Part shown: positions 1 to 14,268 of the stretch, one piece after another | Numbering within the stretch: the stretch's first letter is position 1 | How the letters are laid out: the number at the start of each line of letters is the position of its first letter | Source of the DNA: Isurus oxyrinchus | Lineage: Eukaryota | Assembly (NCBI GenBank): GCA_026770705.1 | Contig: JANJGN010000011.1 | Span: forward strand, 131,626,001 to 131,690,000 | DNA length: 64,000 nt | Direction: 5' to 3' | Notes under the pieces: model-generated | Database searches by the model: none | Told to the model about the DNA's origin: nothing | The model's input: only the letters and a program-made list of their open reading frames with translations | Position numbers and translations under genes: made by a program

Positions 1-1340
1 CGAGGCGGCTGCGCTGGTGCTGTAATGCATGAGTGAAAGACCAAACCCTCCCTCCCACTACCATGGGCCAGCATCCCAACACCGCCTCCAGTCCTCCATT
101 CTCAAGGTCATGCCAGCACCCAAATCTCATCATCTCGCCAGCACCCCCCATGGCGATGCCCCTTATTCTGTTGGCCACTCTGACACAAACCCTTGCTCCT
201 ATTTTTTTTATGTTTTGCCTCAATTCCAGTCCATATCCTCCAGTACAGATTGCACTATGGATTTATCCTTGATATGAGTTCAATTCAGTTTAAATGATAA
301 TGAATAAATACTACAATTATTGTATTTTAACATAAATTACTCCAAAATCATTCACAGTAAACTAAACTGAAATTCTGAAAACTGACAACGGTGTGGAAAA
401 ATGTTTTTGTGTGATATTGGAGCATTAGAGATAAAAGAAGCCCCATTAAAAATAATTTAATGTAAAACAGATTGAATTTGCCTTTGTCACCTCCAGACTT
501 ATTTGCCCCAATGGTTTCCCCTCCCTACTTCTATAACCTCCTCAATTCTATATACATTATTTAATATAAGCTAATTCTCAAGTAGATTTTTGATACACTT
601 TTACTGGGCTAAGCTTTGCAAGGCTCTGCTTGCAGCATGGATCCCAGCTGGCATGGGACAACTGTTGTAAAATTGAGCAGTCAGATTAGCAAGGCTGATT
701 CACAGCAGATCACATTTCATGGTGAAGAAATTAACATGTTTTATGGAGGTCATACTGCCAATCAGACCTTATCCTTTGAAATCACTGAAAAGTATCCAAA
801 TTTCACATGTTTTGTGGCATCTCTTCCCCCAGAGCACATTTTCATGGCCACATTACTTCCTACATACATCCAGTTTTTAATATTGGAAGGTTCTCATTTA
901 CCATTCCATTTCATGACTCATTCTTAATTATAGTTGCACATTCACTTCCAGCACAGAGCTTTTGCCAGATGGCAATAAGGGACTAATGCAGCTTCACAGG
1001 CCAGCTGGTTCTTGATCCTCTTCTGCCCTTCCTACTTGCTTCTTCCGACTTCTGCACTCTGCCTGACTCAATGGCATCAATCTCAAAAACAATACCTTCC
1101 AGAATGTGTACGACAATTTTCCTCCTTCCCTCCATTGTCCCTACTGGAGACAGGTTTGCTTGGTCAAAAAGAAAAGTGCTATAAGAATATTAAATCATTT
1201 TTCAAAAATGATCTGCTTTCCTTTATACTTGACAGGCATCTTGACGTTAATACTTGATCATGCACAACTTTTATCATGAAGCAAATTATCATAAAGCAAA
1301 GCATGATTAAACAAAAAATGTCCAAGATTAAGATTATTAG

Positions 1341-2715
1341 GGGCATAATCATCCTGGATTTTCACAAAGTGCTGTAGCAGGTGGGAGAAAAGTTGTTTTA
1401 CCCGCCAGCCGCAATAGCGGGTTTACACGCTGTATCATCCCATTCCCGCCTCATTAATTATGCAGCCACAGGAAACACATTGTGTCACTGGCGGGTGGCT
1501 TCCAATTTGCCCACCATGGCGTTGCCTCACCACTTCCTCACACAGAGCGTCACATTTGAACTGCAGCCATGCGCACACTTCTCAATGCTTGCATGCCAGG
1601 ACTGCTCCGGTGAAGACATGGCCCCAAAAGCCAAGAAGAGTGCAGTCCCCAATTCAGTGACACATCCCTGGGATGCCTTCTGGACACCATGGAGACCAGC
1701 CATGATCTGGTCCTCCGCTTTGGCCACAAGAGACCCATCAGTCTCACCACTCCGACTTGAGATGCAGTGGCAGAAGTGGTCAGTGCCAATGCTACACACA
1801 AGGGGTGAGCCATCCAGTGCACAAAAGAGATGAATGGTTTCATCTGTGCTGCCAGGGTAAGGCAACCATTTTATCACTCTAAACTTATGCACTCGTAATG
1901 TCATCACACATTCACTAGCATCTCACTCACTGCCAGTTCAAGGGACATCACCATTCACTCTCTCACACACACCCTCACATCCCCATCTGGCTTCACCTCT
2001 TCTGGAGATTGCCTCCTCAGCCCTCACCATCTTGAGGCTACTTGCACAGATCAGCTTGTGTCCCCACACACACCCTGGGATACCCCCTTCCCCAGTACAG
2101 CCCTCATCCTGCAGCCTCTTGCATTGCTTGAGGCCACTTGTGCCCCTTCCCTAAGCAAGCCCTAGCCCTGCAGCTATTGAAAAGCCACCCCCTTCTTACA
2201 GCTGGTCTGGTAGGTAGAGATCTGCTCGTGAATCTTCCTAAAAGTGATGTGGTGTTGCCTGTGAAGCCTGACACTGATGATCATGAGTTCTGCCTGAAGC
2301 AAGATAGGCAAACAAGCCTCGAAGTCCCGAGCGAAGTGCAGCTTGCCAGGTGCACGTCACTTATGTGCAATTGTGAAACATGTCTGCATGCAATCGACAA
2401 CGTGTTTGGATGAACCAGCTTGGGGGGATGATTCCAGTGAGCAGGGCTTATAATGAGATGCTAAAGCATTGAAATTAGCTTCCTGATGCATGGCAGTGGG
2501 AAACACAGCCTGCCATTGACGGGTAGAGCGGACGATCACAAACTGGTTTCACGATGACATGATACTGGCTACCAGCCATGCGAAATGCAGGGTTGGCCTT
2601 AATTGGCCCGCCCACAAGAAATGGCAGCAGGCAGCCAATTGCAGGAAGCGATTGGCTCCACGCCCGCCCACGCATGCTTCCGACCGGCCCGACCGACAGG
2701 CAGAAAAATCTCCCC
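1341..2715 (+). mobile_element. Non-autonomous PIF/Harbinger element with decayed Myb/SANT-like gene (exon 1 ~1618-1856)
   Basis: Starts GGGCATAATCATCC, matching the terminus at 63326 in reverse. Frameshifted MAPKAKKSA..FSD..L..W.AVAEVVSANA..QC.K.MN...AR followed by donor GCCAGG|GTAAG, homologous to 62821-63053. Confidence 0.7.
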
Positions 2716-2719
2716 ATCG

Positions 2720-5700
2720 AAACAAAGGACTTAGAAGCAGGAATAGGCCACTTGGTCCTTCAAGCCTGCTCTGCTATACAATAAGATCATGGCTAATCTG
2801 GTTGTGGTCTCAACTCCACTTTCCTGTCTGTCCCCTCATAACCCTTGACACCCTTGTTCATCAAAAATCTGCCTAATTCAGCCTTGAGGAAATTCAATAA
2901 CCCAGCCTCCATCGCTCCCTGGGAAAGAGAATTCCACATACTAATGACCCTCCTCATCTTAGTCTTAAAAGGGAGACCTCTTCTTAAACTGTGTCCCCTA
3001 GTTCTAGTCTTCCCCCATAAGTGGAAATGTCCTCCTGGTATCTACCCTGTCAAATCCCCTCAGGATCATATATGTTTCAATAAGACCACCTCTCATTCAT
3101 CTAAATTCCATGGTTATAGGCTCAGGTTGTTCAACCTTTCTTCATAGGATAAGTCCTTAATCCCAATAATGAGTTGAGTGAACCTCCCCTGTACTGCTTT
3201 TAATGTAATTATCTTTTTTTCAAATAAGGAGATCAAAACTATACGTAGTATTCCAGATGTGGCCTCACCAATGCCCGGTACCGCTGCAGTAAAACTTCCC
3301 TACTATTATATTCCATTCCCCTTGCAAAAAATGACAACATTCCATTTGCCTTTCAAATCACTTGCTGTACCTGCATACTAACTTTTGAGATCCATGTACC
3401 AAGACACCCCAATGCCTGTGTACCACTGAGTTCTGCAATTTCTCTCCATTTAAATAGTATACTGCTTTTTCATTCTTCCTGCCAAGGTGGACAAATTCAC
3501 ATTTTCTTACATTATACTGCATCTGCCAAATTTTTGTTCACTCATTTAACCTGTCTATATCCCTTTGCAGACTCTCTGCCTCCTCTTGATGACTTACTTT
3601 GCTATCTATCTTTGTGTTATTGGCAAATTTAGTTACCATACACTCGGTCCCTCATCCAAATTATTGATGTAGATTGTAAATAGTTGAGGCCCCGGTACTG
3701 ATTCCTGTGACACTCCACTTGTTACAGCTTGCCAACCTGAAAAAGACCCATTTATCCTTACTCTCTGCTTCCTGTTAGCTAACCAATAATTTATCCATGC
3801 TAATATGTTATCCTCTACATCATGTTCCATCACCTTTGGTGTGGCACGTTATCAAATGCCTTTTGGAAATCTAAGTACACCACATCTACAGGTTCCCCTT
3901 TATCCACTTTGCTTGTTACTCCCTCAAAAAATTCTAATAAATTAGTTAAACACCATCTCCCTTTCACAAAGTCATGTTGAATCTACGTTATGATTTACTA
4001 AGTGTCCTGATGTAATCTCCTTAATAATGGATTCTAGTAATCTCCCTATGACATTTGTTAAACTAACTGGTCTTTAGTTTCCTGCTCTCTGTCTCCCACC
4101 TTTCTTGATAGCTATTTTCTAATCCACTGGAACCCTTTCAGAATCTCAGGAATTCTGGTAGATTATAAACAAAGCATCTGCTACCTCTGCTTCCACTTCT
4201 TTTAAGACCCTGTGATACAGGCTATCTGGTCCTGGGCACTTGTCAGCCTTTAGGTCTAATAGCTTTCCCATCACCTTTTCTCTAGTGATTGTGATTGCTT
4301 TAAGTTCCTTGCTCCTGTTCACCTTTTGATTTTCAAGTATCTTTGGGAAGTTTTCTAAGTCCTCTATAGTGAAGACAGGCACAAAATACTTGTTCAATGC
4401 CTCAAAATACTTGTTTTCCATTATCAATTCCCCAGACTCCATTACCTATGGAACCAACACTAGTTATTCATTTCCTATTTAAATACTTGTAGAAACTCTT
4501 ACAATCAGTTTTTATATTACTAGCTAGCCTTCTCTCATACTCAACTTTCTCCCTCTGTATTGTTTTATTTAATTCATTCTTTACGGGTAAAGTCTTTGCT
4601 GAGCGTTATTAAATATCTCCTTAAGCCTGCCACTGCATCTCTACTGTCCTACCTTTTAAACTAGTTTCCCAATTCACTTTAGCTGACTCTACCTTCATAG
4701 CCTAATAATTTCCTTGACTCAAGTTGGGAATCCACACTTCACCGTTTCAAACTGAACATGAAATTCTATCACAGTATGACCGCTGTCACCTAAAGGCTAC
4801 TTGATCGTGAGTTTATTGATTAATCTTATCAATTAATTATTGCTTATTACCTGCTCCCTGGTTGGCTTTAGAATCTACTGCTCTCATAAATGGTCCTGCA
4901 TATACTCCATGAACTCCTAGGCTACTTTTGCCAATCTGATTTGTCCAATATAGATGTAGATTAAAGTCACCCATAATTATTGGTTTCTTACATGCCCCAT
5001 TTATATCTTCCTTTATTTTCTGTCTTACTGTGTAACTACTGTTAGGAGGCCTATAAACTACTCCCACAAAGTGACCTCTTACCTTTCCTATTTCTTATGT
5101 CTACCCAAACTGGCCCATTTGAGCTAAGGTCATCTCTCACTACTGTACTAATGACACCCTTAATTAACAGCACTACCCCATCACCTGCTTCTAGCTTTCT
5201 AACTTTTTGAAGTACCCTTCAACATTCAGGTCACTTTGCAACCATGTCCCTGATGCATATCCGGGCATACATGTTTATTTGTATCTGCGAATAATTCATC
5301 ATTTTTTTTTACGAATGCTGCTTGCATTCAGAGACAGAGCCTTTAACTCTGCTTTTTTCCCATTTTTGCAAACTCTGGCTTTACTTGCTGGTGCACTCTT
5401 AGGTTTGTACTCTCTGTCCCTTCCTGGCACACTCTAGTTATCTTTACCCAAATCGCTATCCTGCTCTATTACATCATTGTTACCCTGTCATTTTCTACAT
5501 CTCCTCTCACATGATCCCTTCCCCCTACGGTTCAGTTTAAAGATCTCTCTGTCACCCAAGTTATATGACTCGCCAGGACACTGGTTCCAAAATGGTCTAG
5601 TTAAAGCTCGTCTCAACGGTACAGCTCCCACTTTCCCCAGTACTGGTGCCAGTGCCCCGTGAATTGAAACCCATTTCTCTCATGCCAGTCTTTGAGCCAC

Positions 5701-5760
5701 ACATTAATCTCTACAATTGTATTTACCCTATGCTAATTTACTCTTAGTTCAGAATATAAA
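2720..5760 (-). mobile_element. Vertebrate CR1 LINE, decayed ORF2 (APE + RT) with 3' tail
   Basis: Minus-strand fragments GVVYRPPNSS..IMGDFN, LKADKCPGPD..RVLKE and WLANRKQRVRINGSFSGWQAVTSGV.Q.SV.GPQLF; many stops. Confidence 0.92.
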
Positions 5761-5764
5761 CCCA

Positions 5765-6223
5765 GGAGGGAGGGAGTGGTGGAGTGGTATTATCACTGGG
5801 CTAGTAATCTAGAGACCCAGGGTAATGCTCTGGGGACTGAGGTTCAGATTCGACTATGGCAGTCTAGAGATGACCATGAAATCATTATCGATTGTTGTTA
5901 AAGCCCACCTGGTTCACTAATGTCCTTTAGGAAAGGAAATCTGCTGTCCTTACCCGGTCTGGCCTACATGTGAATCCAGACCCACATTTATTAACTCTTA
6001 AATGCCCTTTGAAGTGATCTAGCAAGCCACTCAGTTGTTTCAAACCACTACACAGTCTAAAAGGAATAAAACCAGTTGGACCGAGGCATTGACCGAGGCA
6101 GAGCAAATTACAATGGCAAATTCAGCTCTGGCGACTCTGTGAAGTCCTCCTTACTAATGTCTGTGGAATGGTGCCAAAATTTGGGGAGCTGTCCCACAGA
6201 ACTAGTCAAGCAACACCACAACT
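5765..6223 (+). mobile_element. 5' part of SINE-headed Zenon-like CR1 LINE (tRNA-like head running into APE start)
   Basis: Colinear with 34784-35260, including MVPKFGELSHR; truncated against the Gypsy element. Confidence 0.85.
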
Positions 6224-9084
6224 AGATTTGGATAATGCCTCCTGGGAATTTGTCAATTTTAATAGCCACAGATCCTTATACACGATTTGCCTTTCGATGT
6301 CTCCTCCACTTGTGCCATCTTTCAGGGAACAATGGAAAGCTTACTGTAGGGACTGCTCCAGGTTGTAGTCTATTAAGTCGATGTATTGGTGATAGGATTC
6401 ACTGGAAAAGAGCATTTGGCAAACCTAGAAGAAGCTTTAGAACGTTTCTTGCAAGCTGGAGTGCATTTTTAAAAAAAAATAAGTGCATGTTCCAAGCAAG
6501 GGAAGTAATCTATTTGAGTCACCGGGTAGATTCACAAGGGATCCACCTGGTTGAGGAGAAAGTGAGAGCCATAAGTGAGCCAAAAGAGCTCAAATCATTC
6601 CTAGGAATGATCAACTATTATGGGTGGTTCTTACCCAATTTGTCTACAGTGCTGGCCCCCTTGCATTCTCTACTCAAAAAGAACCAATGTTGGTCTTGTG
6701 AGGTGCCCCAGAAAGAAGCTTTCATAAAGGTGAAACAATTGTAGCACTCATCCAATCTATCAGCACATTACAACCAGACAAAAGAATTGGTGCTGACATG
6801 TGACACATCTCCCTACGGAGTGGTGCAGTGCTCTCTCATTGGATGGACAATTGCACAGAACGGCCAATAGGTTACATATCAAGAACACTCACCACAGCGG
6901 CAAAGCAATAATCGCAGATAGAAAAAGAAGGCCTGTCCATCATCTTTGGTGTCAAGAAATTACCCCAGTACGTACACGGCCAACATTTTACATTTCAGAC
7001 CACAAACCATTGCTAGGATTGTTTTGTGAGGACAAGGCTTTACCACTCATACCCTCAGCAAGAATACAACAATGGGTCTTAATTCTGGCAGCATACGAAT
7101 ACACTTTCATACATAGGCCTGACAATCAAATCGCACACATCGATGCCCTTAGTCATTTGCCTTTACAAGAAAATGATGAGCACGTCCCAGTTCCACAGGA
7201 ACTTGTTTAACTGTTAAATTTCTTAGATTCCTTGCCAGTATTTACTCAAGAGATCGAAGATTGGACAAGTTAGGACCCAATCTCATCTCAAGTACAAGAA
7301 CAACTACTACATGGTTGGTCACAGGAGCCTGTACCTGATGAAATGAAACCATACTTCATGAAAGATATGAAGACATGAAATAACCAACCAAAATCACATC
7401 TTATTGTGGGGAGCATGAGTGATAGCTCCGCCAAAGGGAAGGGAGCCACGTATAATTGAACTACACAGTGCCCATCCAGGAATTTCCCGAATGAAGACCG
7501 TGGCACGCAGCTATCTATGGTGGCCTGGGATGGATGGTGAAATAGAGAGTTTAGTAAAGCACTGGAAAAGTTGCCAGTGACAGCTCCAATACATCCATGG
7601 GAGTGGCCAGGTAGACCCTGGGTGTGGTTACACATTGACTACGTTGAACCTTTCCTGGGAACAATGTTTCTGCTCATTGTCGATGCCCATTCAAAATGGT
7701 TGGGCTTATATGAGGTGAAGTTCCCAACATTGGCTGCTACAATTAAGAAACTACCTCTGAGTTTTACCATTAACCGACTAACAGAAGTAGTCATTCCAAT
7801 AACAGCATGGCACTTATAAGTGCTGAGTTTCAACCATTTATCAGCCTCAATGTTATCACTCATGTGAAAACTGTACCGGGATGGGGACATTTGTGGAGCC
7901 TCCTTATTATCGGGTGGCCGAGTTGTGTTATCAATGATAGAGTTGATCTGCAGACTCTTCTTGAGTGGAAACTTTAAGTTTATTTAGAATATACTCAGCA
8001 GCAACTTCATGTGTGATTTCAACTCTAACTCCATCTCTACATTGATTCCTGAAGTAGCATGCGCTACTCTCTACCCTTCCTCAAACAGACTAGCCGAAAG
8101 GATGGTTCAAACATTCAAGGCAGGTATGAAAAAGCTAACTGGCAATTCCTTGGCAACCAAGCTTTCTTTTTTGTTACAGGACTAACCCTTATAAAACAAC
8201 AGGTGTCACATCTGTGGAGTTATTGTTGAAGTGCTGTCTCAGGATGAGTTTGAGTTTAATAATGCCAAATTTAGAGGAGAAAGTGGAAAGCAGTCAGGGA
8301 AGCCAGAAAACTAGACATGACTGGCATAGTCGCGAGAGGAAATTTACTGTGGGAGAGCCGGTATACACGAAGAATTTCAGGGAAGGACCAAAGTGGTTAC
8401 CAGGTGAAATAAGTGCGGTGACTGGACCTCTATCTTATCATGTGGAGGTGGAAGGCTGGATCATCCGTAAACGTGTGGATCATTTAAGGAAGAAAAAGAC
8501 AAGTCATCAAGGTATGGTTCCACCAGTGATCATGACCAGGTCTGCATTTCCTGTTGAGGATATTCAACCCAGGACTGACATGTCTGATGTTCCTGTAAGA
8601 GTTGAGGATACAGAACTGCAAGTGCCCACAGAAACACCTGATGTTCAGGCAACTCCGGAAAAGGAGGTCCCTGACAAAGAGTCTGAAGTTGTGGAGCTGT
8701 GACGTTCTATACATACCAGGAAACCACCTGAAAGACTGAACTTGTAAATTCCTTACCGGTGTAAATATTATGTTGCCTTGAAAAATATGTACTTGTAAAT
8801 ATATGTATAGCCGAGTTAAAGGGAGAGGAATGTAGTAATTATGATTTTATTTAGCATGTAATGTATCTTTAAGTGTAATACTTGTTAGGAAGAGCACATG
8901 ATCTGTAGTAACCATTAAGAGAGTAATGTGGGCTACCTCAGGAGTCAGTGTAGAGATGGAGTTAGAGTTGAAAGCCCATGTGTAGTCGCTGCTGAGTGTA
9001 TTGTAAATAAACTTAAAGCTTCTACCCAAGAAGTGTCTGCAGATCAACTCTAGAATTAATAACACAACTCGGCCACCCTATAAT
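6224..9084 (+). mobile_element. 5'-truncated Gypsy/Ty3 element (RT, RNase H, integrase; 3' LTR ~8831-9084)
   Basis: KELKSFLGMINYY, SDHKPLLGLF, PWEWPGRPW..HIDY, IVDAHSKW; PPT AAAGGGAGAGGA then TGTAGT at 8831. Confidence 0.92.
7878..8072 (-). repeat. Inverted copy of the element's own 3' LTR plus adjacent flank, inserted in integrase
   Basis: Reverse complement aligns with ~8918-9110. Confidence 0.85.
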
Positions 9085-10525
9085 AAGGAAGCTCCACAAA
9101 TGTTTCCATCTTCAATGATGGGGGAGTCCAGCACATCAGTGGAAAAGCTATGTCTGAAGCATTTGCAACAATCTTCAGCCAGAAGTGTTGAGTGGATGAT
9201 CCATCTCGGCCTCCTCTGGAGGTCCCCAGCATCACAGATGCCAGCCTTCAGCCAATTCGATTCACTCTATGTGATGTCAAGAAATGGCTGAGGACACTGG
9301 ATACTACAAAGGCTATGAGCCCTGGCAATATTCCGGCAAGAGTACTGAAGGCTTTTGCTCTAGAACTAGCTGCGCCCCAGCCAAGCTGTTCCAGTACAGC
9401 TACAACACTGGCATCTACCCGGCAATGTGGAAAATTGCCCAGGTATGTCCTGTCCACAAGAAGCAGGACAAATCCAACCCAGTCAATTACTGTTGCATCA
9501 GTCTCCTCTCCATCATCAGTAAAGTGATGGAAAGGGTCATCAACGGGACCTTCCAAACCTGCAACCTCTAACACCAAGGAGGAGAAGGGCAGCAGAAACA
9601 TGGGAACGCCATCACCTGCAAGTTACTCTCCAAGGCACACACCATCCTGACTTGGAAATATATCACCGTTCCTCCACTGTCGCTGCGTCAAAATCCTGGG
9701 TGCAGAATTTTCCGCCCGTTGGGCAGGCGTGTTCCTGACCGTATGAGTGTAAAATGATGTGATGATTTTGGGTGGACATCCTGACATCATCACGCACTCG
9801 CACAGTATTTTGGTCAGCAGGCGTCCGCTGGAGTCGGCAGCACACCCACTGACAATTAACAGGCCTAATACGACCATTAAAGTACTAATTGAATTAAATT
9901 TTTCGCTGCCTGTCCAACCTTACAGTGGCGGGCAGGCAAAAAGGTCAAGTGGCCTTTGGAATTTTTGCAAAACCTCATCCACAGGTGGGATGAGATTTAG
10001 TACAGTGATTAAAGAAAAAAATTCAAACTAATTTCTAATATGTTCCTGCTCAAGAGTCACAAGAGGGGACATATTATCAAGATTTTTAGATTCTTTATTT
10101 TCATTGTTCAAAATCTTCATCTCCCTGAGGCAGCCCTGCTTTAGGGAGCTTCTCCTGCACGCACCCGCATTCATGCACCAAGTTCCCTGCTCGCCCCCCA
10201 CATAGGCAGCGCTAAGTGCTGTAGTGCACATTTCACATTGGATGGGCCTTCATTGTCCCACCAGTATGAAATTGCCATTGGGTCCCGATCGCAGGCAGCA
10301 GTTGGCTTCCAACCACCCCCACTCGCCACCACCGAGCCTGCCCAACGAGGGCAAAATTATGCCCCTGGAATTCACTTTATAACAGCACTGTAGGTGCACC
10401 TACAACACATGGACTGTAGCAGTTCAAGAAGAAAGCTCACCACCACCTTCTGAAGGGCAATTGGAGATGGGAAATAAATGCTGGCCTAGACAATGACACC
10501 CAAATCCCGTGAAAGAATAAAAAAG
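9085..10525 (+). mobile_element. Zenon-like CR1 LINE fragment (internally deleted RT + 3' tail), interrupted by a MITE
   Basis: LDTTKAMSPGNIP, AKLFQYSYNTGIYPAMWKIAQVCPVHKKQDKSNP; tail ...AATAAATGCTGGCC..AAGAATAAAAA. Confidence 0.88.
9699..10364. mobile_element. Harbinger-type MITE
   Basis: TIRs GGTGCAGAATTTT / AAAATTATGCCC; 3-bp TSD CTG/CTG restores the LINE tail. Confidence 0.85.
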
Positions 10526-11974
10526 AACATTGCTTTTGTCAGACTGTTATCAGTCTGTTGTCAGTCTGTTATCCTTTGAGTGAACAGTACACTTCTAATT
10601 TGCTGACCACCTACTCTCCAGCTAAAAACATAGACTGTGCAGCATAATATTGTCTAACGGATATGCTAGGCCATGTATCTTATTAAGAGGGACTGTAGCC
10701 TGACTCAGGTATTACTCAAAATGGCTTTATCTGCACTATGTACAATATATAGAAGTTGGGTTAGTGAGTAGGCACATTTCCTCTGAGTGCTGCAGTACAG
10801 AGTCTCAAGCACACTCCTGCTGGTGTCACAGATATATATCATAGACTACACCACTTGTTTGCATATCTATTTTATTAACCAATTACTCTACACCTCCCCC
10901 CAAGTATACTATCTACTTTCTTTTAAGAACAGTGTTAACTATGTCCAAACTATTTACATCACATTTACTTTAAACTATTTACATTACATTGGCTCTGCCG
11001 CCACCTCCTACCCCAATGTCCTCTGGTTAGAGGCTAAGTCTCTGTGGAGTCTTCACTACTTTTCCAGGCTGCATTGTTGTGACTGCCACACAGGGACAGT
11101 GGTCTGGAAGTGGATCCTGAGGTTGCTCAGCATCTCAAAAGTTACTCAAATTATTCTGGGGGTCTCCATCTCACATTGTATAATAATCAAAGACCTGTAG
11201 TCTCATTAGGTGCCAGTGAAATTAGGGCTCTCTTGTTGTGTTGGAAAGTACCAGATTGTGCCTGGACCAGGTATGATCATGGGTGCTCCTTTCTGGCAGG
11301 GACAACACTTTCTGCCTTACGATTATGGATCCAAACTCTGTGGCCCAGAGTTAAGGGTGTCCCTATGTCTGGAATTGTACCACCGTTGTTACTTCTCGTG
11401 GAATCTTGTCTCCCTATTTTTCACCCTCTTGTGGTCCACAGGGGTAACACTAGGTTGTACGTTCCTTGGCAGTAGGGGAATATGTATCTTTCAACATCGG
11501 CCTGTGAGCAATTCAGCTGGAGAATCAATTAGCTAGAGGCGTGGCTCAATAATGCAATGGGGCTGAATGCCAGTCAGGATTCTTAGACATCAGGGTCTTG
11601 CTAGACCTGACCACTCACTCAGCCTCCCCGTTAGCTTCAGGATGAAGGTGGGAGCTAATGATTTGGTTTGAATTTCCAAAGCGGTCATTAACAAATTGCG
11701 GACTGTTATTTGACATGATTTCATTGAGGAAGCCATGGATATAGAAGATGGTCCGCAGATCCCTGATCATCGAATCCACTGCAGTGATGAGGAGTCTGCA
11801 TGCTTCTATCCACCTAGAGTAGTAATCTACATCAATGAGATATGTCTTGCCTTGATGACCAAAGAAGTCGAGCCCCAATTTCTGCTAAGGTCAGTGTGGA
11901 AAACTGGATGGCACCAGGGGTTCCATGGGTATCTGGTTGTTAATGCGGCAGGTGTGATAGGATAGAATGAAAAT

Positions 11975-13008
11975 ATGAACAGAACAAAAACAGAATTACC
12001 TGGAAAAACTCAGCAGGTCTGGCAGCATCGGCGGAGAAGAAAAGAGTTGACGTTTCGAGTCCTCATGACCCTTCGACAGAACTTGATTTCGAGTCCAAGA
12101 AAGAGTTGAAATATAAGCTGGTTTCAGGTGTGTGTGTGGGGGGCGGAGAGATAGAGAGAGAGGGGGGGGGTGTGGTTGTAGGGACAAACAAGCAGTGATA
12201 GAAGCAGATCATCAAAAGATGTCAGCGACAATGGTACAAAAGAACACATAGGTGTTAAAGTTAAAGTTGGTGATATTATCTAAACGAATGTGCTAATTAA
12301 GAATGGATGGGAGGGCACTCAAGGTACAGCTCTAGTGGGGGTGGAGGGAGCATAAAAAGTTTTTAAAATATTTAAAAATAATGGAAATAGGTGGGAAAAG
12401 AAAAATCTATATAATTTATTGGGGGAAAAAAAAGGGGGGGAAACAGAAAGGGGGTGGGGATGGGGGAGGGGGGGGAGCTCACGACCTAAAGTTGTTGAAT
12501 TCAATATTCAGTCCGGAAGGCTGTAAGGTGCCTAGTCGGAAGATGAGGTGTTGTTCCTCCAGTTTGCGTTGGGCTTCACTGGAACAATGCAGCAAGCCAA
12601 GGACAGACATGTGGGCAAGAGAGCAGGGTGGAGTGTTAAAATGGCAAGCGACAGGGAGGTTTGGGTCATTCTTGCGGACAGACCGCAGGTGTTCTGCAAA
12701 GCGGTCGCCCAGTTTACGTTTGGTCTCTCCAATGTAGAGGAGACCACATTGGGAGCAACGAATGCAGTAGACTAAGTTGGGGGAAATGCAAGTGAAATGT
12801 TGCTTCACTTGAAAGGAGTGTTTGGGCCCTTGGACGGTGAGGAGAGAGGAAGTGAAGGGGCAGGTGTTACATCTTTTGCGTGGGCATGGGGTGGTGCCAT
12901 AGGAGGGGGTTGAGGAGTAGGGGGTGATGGAGGAGAGGACCAGGGTGTCCCGGAGGGAGCGATCCCTACGGAATGCCGATAAGGGGGGTGAAGGGAAGAT
13001 GTGTTTGG
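11975..13008 (-). mobile_element. Young 5'-truncated Penelope-like element (GIY-YIG endonuclease C-terminus + 3' region)
   Basis: ORF 12479-12808 NLVYCIRCSQCGLLYIGETKRKLGDRFAEH..PVACHFN. Confidence 0.92.
12045..12083 (-). ncRNA. Minimal type I hammerhead ribozyme motif (variant core)
   Basis: AGTT-CTGTCGA-A-GGGTC-ATGAG-GACTC-GAAAC-GTC-AACT: stems I and II pair. Confidence 0.75.
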
Positions 13009-13382
13009 CTTGTGTGATGTTTGGCCACTACACAGATTGTTGTGTGAGTGCTCTGCACTTTGCAATGCCTAAGTGGACTCCATGGAGCCTCTGGAGGATC
13101 TCTTCTTATATGGATTGAGGGATGACCCAGTGATGATCAAAAACTAAGAGGCCACCCACAATGGTGAAGTGTCTGCATTGCTCATGGCATTTACAAATGA
13201 GCTGGTCAGCTGGATTATATTTAGACCAACCTTGCAGGCAGAACTCCCATACTTCACGTCCTCTTTTTGTGCCCTTTGACATCATGGTGGAGATGAGCAG
13301 TAAGTTCATCATAGTTGAGGAGATTGAATCCTTATGAGATGTAAAGAAAATGTAATTTTTTTTCAATATTAGTGTGGGATAC

Positions 13383-14268
13383 TGTGAAGCAGGCTTGTGG
13401 GGGCTGTGTGCATGTTGTGTGTGTGTGGCTAATTTAGTTAGACTGAAGGCAGTCAGACTGCAAGGTTTACGTCATCAAAGGGTTAGGTGTAAAGCAGACA
13501 TGTTTGAAGTGGAGATGGGTGAGCTAAGATAGGATACCAATAAATACAAAATGAATAGGAATTTCTATTAGGAGATAAATGAGGAATGATTTTTTGGCTA
13601 TTGAATTTCAAAGAGGAAAAAGGAAGTTTTACAACCGCCAAAGAACATAAAGGAATAAAGTAAAGTGGTGGCCGTAAAGACAACATGAATGATTTTAGAT
13701 TCTGGGAAAGATATTTAAGAAAGATTGAAAGCTGTTTGATTTGTGTGGCCATATGATCTTGAACAGTGTGCTATGTGAACACAGTTCTGTGAAGCAAGCA
13801 GCTTCTAGCCACCCCAGGGGAGTGTCTGGTTGTTCCAGAAAGCAAGGTCTTGTTACAAGCTTTGGATTTCCAGTGTCAAGTGAGAGGGAGAGAGAAGCTT
13901 GTGAAATACCTCCCTTTTCACAACAGTGGGTGTCTTGCAGTAATATTACTGGATATTAGATGGATTAAGAATCTAAAGGGACTGTTGCCTGGGAAAAGGT
14001 GTTTATTTGTGAGTCTAGTTAGTAGAAATATTTTGGGAAATGTTATACGACTAAATTTAATAATGTAACTGTAATCTTGTATGTTTTCTTCTCTTTTGCT
14101 AATAAATGTTTTAATTCATATTTGAAATCTCCAAAAGTGGTAATGGAATCTTTACTTCTGACTTCAGTACACATAACTTCTTGTAATAAATACAAATTGC
14201 TAACCATTGTGAGTGTTTCCCTTTGGGATTTGGTCAGCCCGGCAAATACCACAGCTCATATCATAACA
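13383..14268 (+). mobile_element. Solo LTR nested in the Gypsy element
   Basis: TG...CA termini, AATAAA at 14101, 5-bp TSD GATAC/GAGAC; Gypsy pol resumes on both sides. Confidence 0.75.

Noticed and set aside
940-1160. Possible minus-strand terminal exon (ANLSPVGTMEGRRKIVVHILEG...)
   Set aside because: No recognisable protein; equally compatible with a decayed RTE-like 3' end.
6235-8702. Longer ORFs resembling pol genes (also 29769-30872, 36454-36885, 51676-52414)
   Set aside because: Fragments of decayed retroelements with flanking stops and frameshifts; not host CDS or domesticated genes.
12381-12775. Antisense ORFs repeated at 50238 and 52444-52910
   Set aside because: Shadow frames of the Penelope GIY-YIG ORF; they recur because the element does.
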